Shown here in pieces: positions 61,282 to 64,000 of a stretch of 64,000 nucleotides of DNA. How positions within the stretch are numbered: position 1 is the first letter of the stretch; each line of letters opens with the position of its first letter. The notes beneath the pieces are model-generated. The model ran no database searches. It was not told the origin of the DNA and saw nothing but the letters and a program-made list of their open reading frames with translations. The position numbers were made by a program, and so were the translations under genes. The stretch lies in NCBI GenBank assembly GCA_964016885.1, contig OZ024742.1, forward strand, positions 66,898,001 through 66,962,000. The letters are read 5' to 3'. This DNA comes from Eledone cirrhosa (lineage: Eukaryota).

Positions 61282-61318
<37 letters not shown>

Positions 61319-61827
61319 TATCGAACGTATGGATGTGTAAGTCTGCGTGTGTATATAAGCATGTATATTTTTGCGTTTCTTTTGTGAGATATACGTGTGT
61401 GTGTATGTATGTACCTTTTTTGTCTTCTTTTCTTTAATTTTTTCTTTCTAAATTATTGTTCCATTTTTATAAATATATCGAGATTGATACTTTCCTTTAA
61501 TTATTACACTCCCTTACCTCTTTTACTTCCGCATCTAAGTGTACGTGTGTGTAGGTGTGCTTATGCGGGTGCCTTCATATTCTTATGATGTATCTGTCTG
61601 TTGATTACAGACATACAGATACATTTGCCCTAAATTATATATTTACGCACACTTTTTCACTATACGTATACATATGTGCATACACATATATATACATACA
61701 TATACACACACCTAACTATATTTCTTGAAAGATTATTATATATTTCATATTCTAATTCATTTGTCTATATCTCTTTTGTTTTTTGCTTTTCTTGATGAGA
61801 CTTTCCAAGTATTTACCCATATTTTAT

Positions 61828-61905
61828 ATTGCCTCGTCTGACGAACGAATGAAGACGTTTCTTTCGTATTCGCCTCATTTGGGAAACCTCTGGTAATGAG
61901 GTAAT
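61828..61905 (+). ncRNA. Type I hammerhead ribozyme (canonical core)
   Basis: attgcctcgt-CTGACGA-[38 nt]-GAAA-cc tct gg-TA-atgaggtaat; 10-bp stem I; predicted cleavage after A61895 (GUA). Confidence 0.85.
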
Positions 61906-62005
61906 TATATTGTATTGATTTTTATACATTAAATTTTGCTCTGATACTTACATAGAGCACTCTTCACTTCTATGACCTTTTCTGTTTTCAACGGAAATTT
62001 CAATA

Positions 62006-62370
<365 letters not shown>

Positions 62371-62499
62371 TATATATATATATATTTATATACATATTGC
62401 CGCTATTGATGCAGTCATTCCTACATAAAACTTTCGTGACATATATGCAGAGGTACAAAGACAGGAGTACTCTTTAACGTATATATAAGCATATATTTC

Positions 62500-62683
62500 A
62501 TAATTGTTTCTACTTTTGGCACAAGGCCCACAATTACTCAGTACATTACTGGTACTTTATTTTATTGACCCCGTGAGGATGAAAGTCTAAGTCAACCTCG
62601 GCAGGATTTGAACTCAGATCGTAAATGACGTAACTATGCTGGAAAACATGGCGTCCGACCCTCTACCGATACTGCCAATCCAC
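62500..62683 (-). mobile_element. tRNA-derived SINE
   Basis: Family sequence. Confidence 0.88.
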
Positions 62684-62764
62684 TAATAACCTAACACAGA
62701 AGATCATCCATCTATCCATATTTTCAGCAAAACAAATATGCTCGTATGATATATATATATATAT

Positions 62765-63170
62765 ATATAAGAGACGTAAAATAAGAAAATTATAAAATAA
62801 ACTTACTTACTAAAATATCGCTTCCAACTAATTAGTTTCTGGAATGGAGTAAATATATTTTCCGAAGAATAATATGGAGAAGCATTCCGTCGTCAGGAAA
62901 GTCTATTCTCATGTAAGTTTCCAGGCAAAGCGAGGACACTGGAAACTTATTAAAAAATAATTCAGTGGATAGGAAATAGCGAAGCGTGGACTGAATTCCA
63001 AGCCATTATTTTAGTAAGTAAGTTAATTTTATAATTTTCTTATTTTACGTCTCTTATATTATTGTTCTGCAACCCCATGCATTGAACCACACTGTTATTA
63101 AGACAAAACCTATATATTTGCTAGCATTGATATGCATCTGTATGTATATATATGTTACTAGATATGAATT
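62765..63170. mobile_element. Small fold-back element with partial HHR core
   Basis: Arms 62765-62816 and 63008-63059 are inverted; minus-strand CTGACGA-cgga...ttcg-GAAA-atatatt at 62851-62896 without a clear stem I. Confidence 0.6.
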
Positions 63171-63766
63171 CTTTATATATATATATATATATATATATAG
63201 ATATATATATATATATAGATATTTCGTTTCTGAATTTGTTCAGCAAAATTCTTTATCTGAAATCGTGTGTTGAAACCGATATTGTTATACTTTGGGAGGG
63301 TCATGTTGCCAATAAGAAACACACGCACCAGTTGCTTTCACTTTAATTTATTATAATAAATTTATAAATTTATAAATTTATAAATTTCTGGTTGGTTGGT
63401 TGGTTCCACAACCAGATAGTTGTTTATATATTGTCATAGTTCTTTCGTCACACACTCTGTGACCTCTTCAGTGACTGGGGATTCCTTTCTTTGTTTTTGT
63501 GTCTCTCCTTTGTTCTGTCCTACGCCATTTTGTTTCTGTATGTGTGTTGTGAGCTCAGTCTGCGCATGCGCCACATCCGGGTGTCTGTATGTGTTTATGT
63601 TCATTTATTTATTTGTTTATTTATATGTTACTGGTTGGTTGTTTGTTCTATGTGTGTGTGTGTTTTCATTTTGTCCTTAATTGTAAGTTGTGATGTTGTT
63701 GTTCCACTCATATTTTCTATTTAATTTTGGTTGTAATTCTTTTATGTTTATTTGCTCCCAAAGTAT

Positions 63767-63801
<35 letters not shown>

Positions 63802-64000
63802 TATACATCTTTATGTGTATGTGTGTGTATATGTATGCGAATATGTGCGTGAGTGTGTGTGTGTGTGTGTGTGAGTGTGTGTGCGTTTTGTTTCCGGAGT
63901 TAATTTACTACCAGTACTAGATAGATTAGAAAGTAATTTTTCATGGACAGTAAATATTTGATGTAGATTTTATATGTATTATCATGATTTTTTTTTTTGT

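Noticed and set aside
63370-63760. gcgcatgcgc motif in a GT-rich block as a promoter
   Set aside because: A single motif with no supporting gene structure; it could be the 5' end of a minus-strand retroelement.

Overview
This is a very AT-rich, microsatellite-dense animal intergenic or intronic window. The repeat types are consistent with an octopus/coleoid cephalopod (inference only). No host protein-coding exon can be supported, and most listed ORFs are translations of (TA)n/(CA)n/(GA)n arrays. The real coding content is transposon-derived: two Naiad-type Penelope-like elements (PLEs; RT plus GIY-YIG) and a third truncated one, a DD37D (maT) Tc1/mariner element, two Chapaev3-like DNA transposons, a near full-length Tx1/L1-clade LINE and several LINE fragments. 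The non-coding repeats include hAT and mariner MITEs and about a dozen tRNA-derived SINEs. The most interesting signal is non-coding. About ten fold-back (inverted-repeat) elements derived from PLE pseudo-LTRs sit inside (TA)n tracts, and most carry type I hammerhead ribozymes (HHRs), often with very long stem II. Five families have the canonical CUGANGA core. Four unrelated families instead appear to carry a compensatory U3-A8 core (UUGANAA), which canonical motif searches would miss. All RNA folds were read by eye and none is tested for activity.
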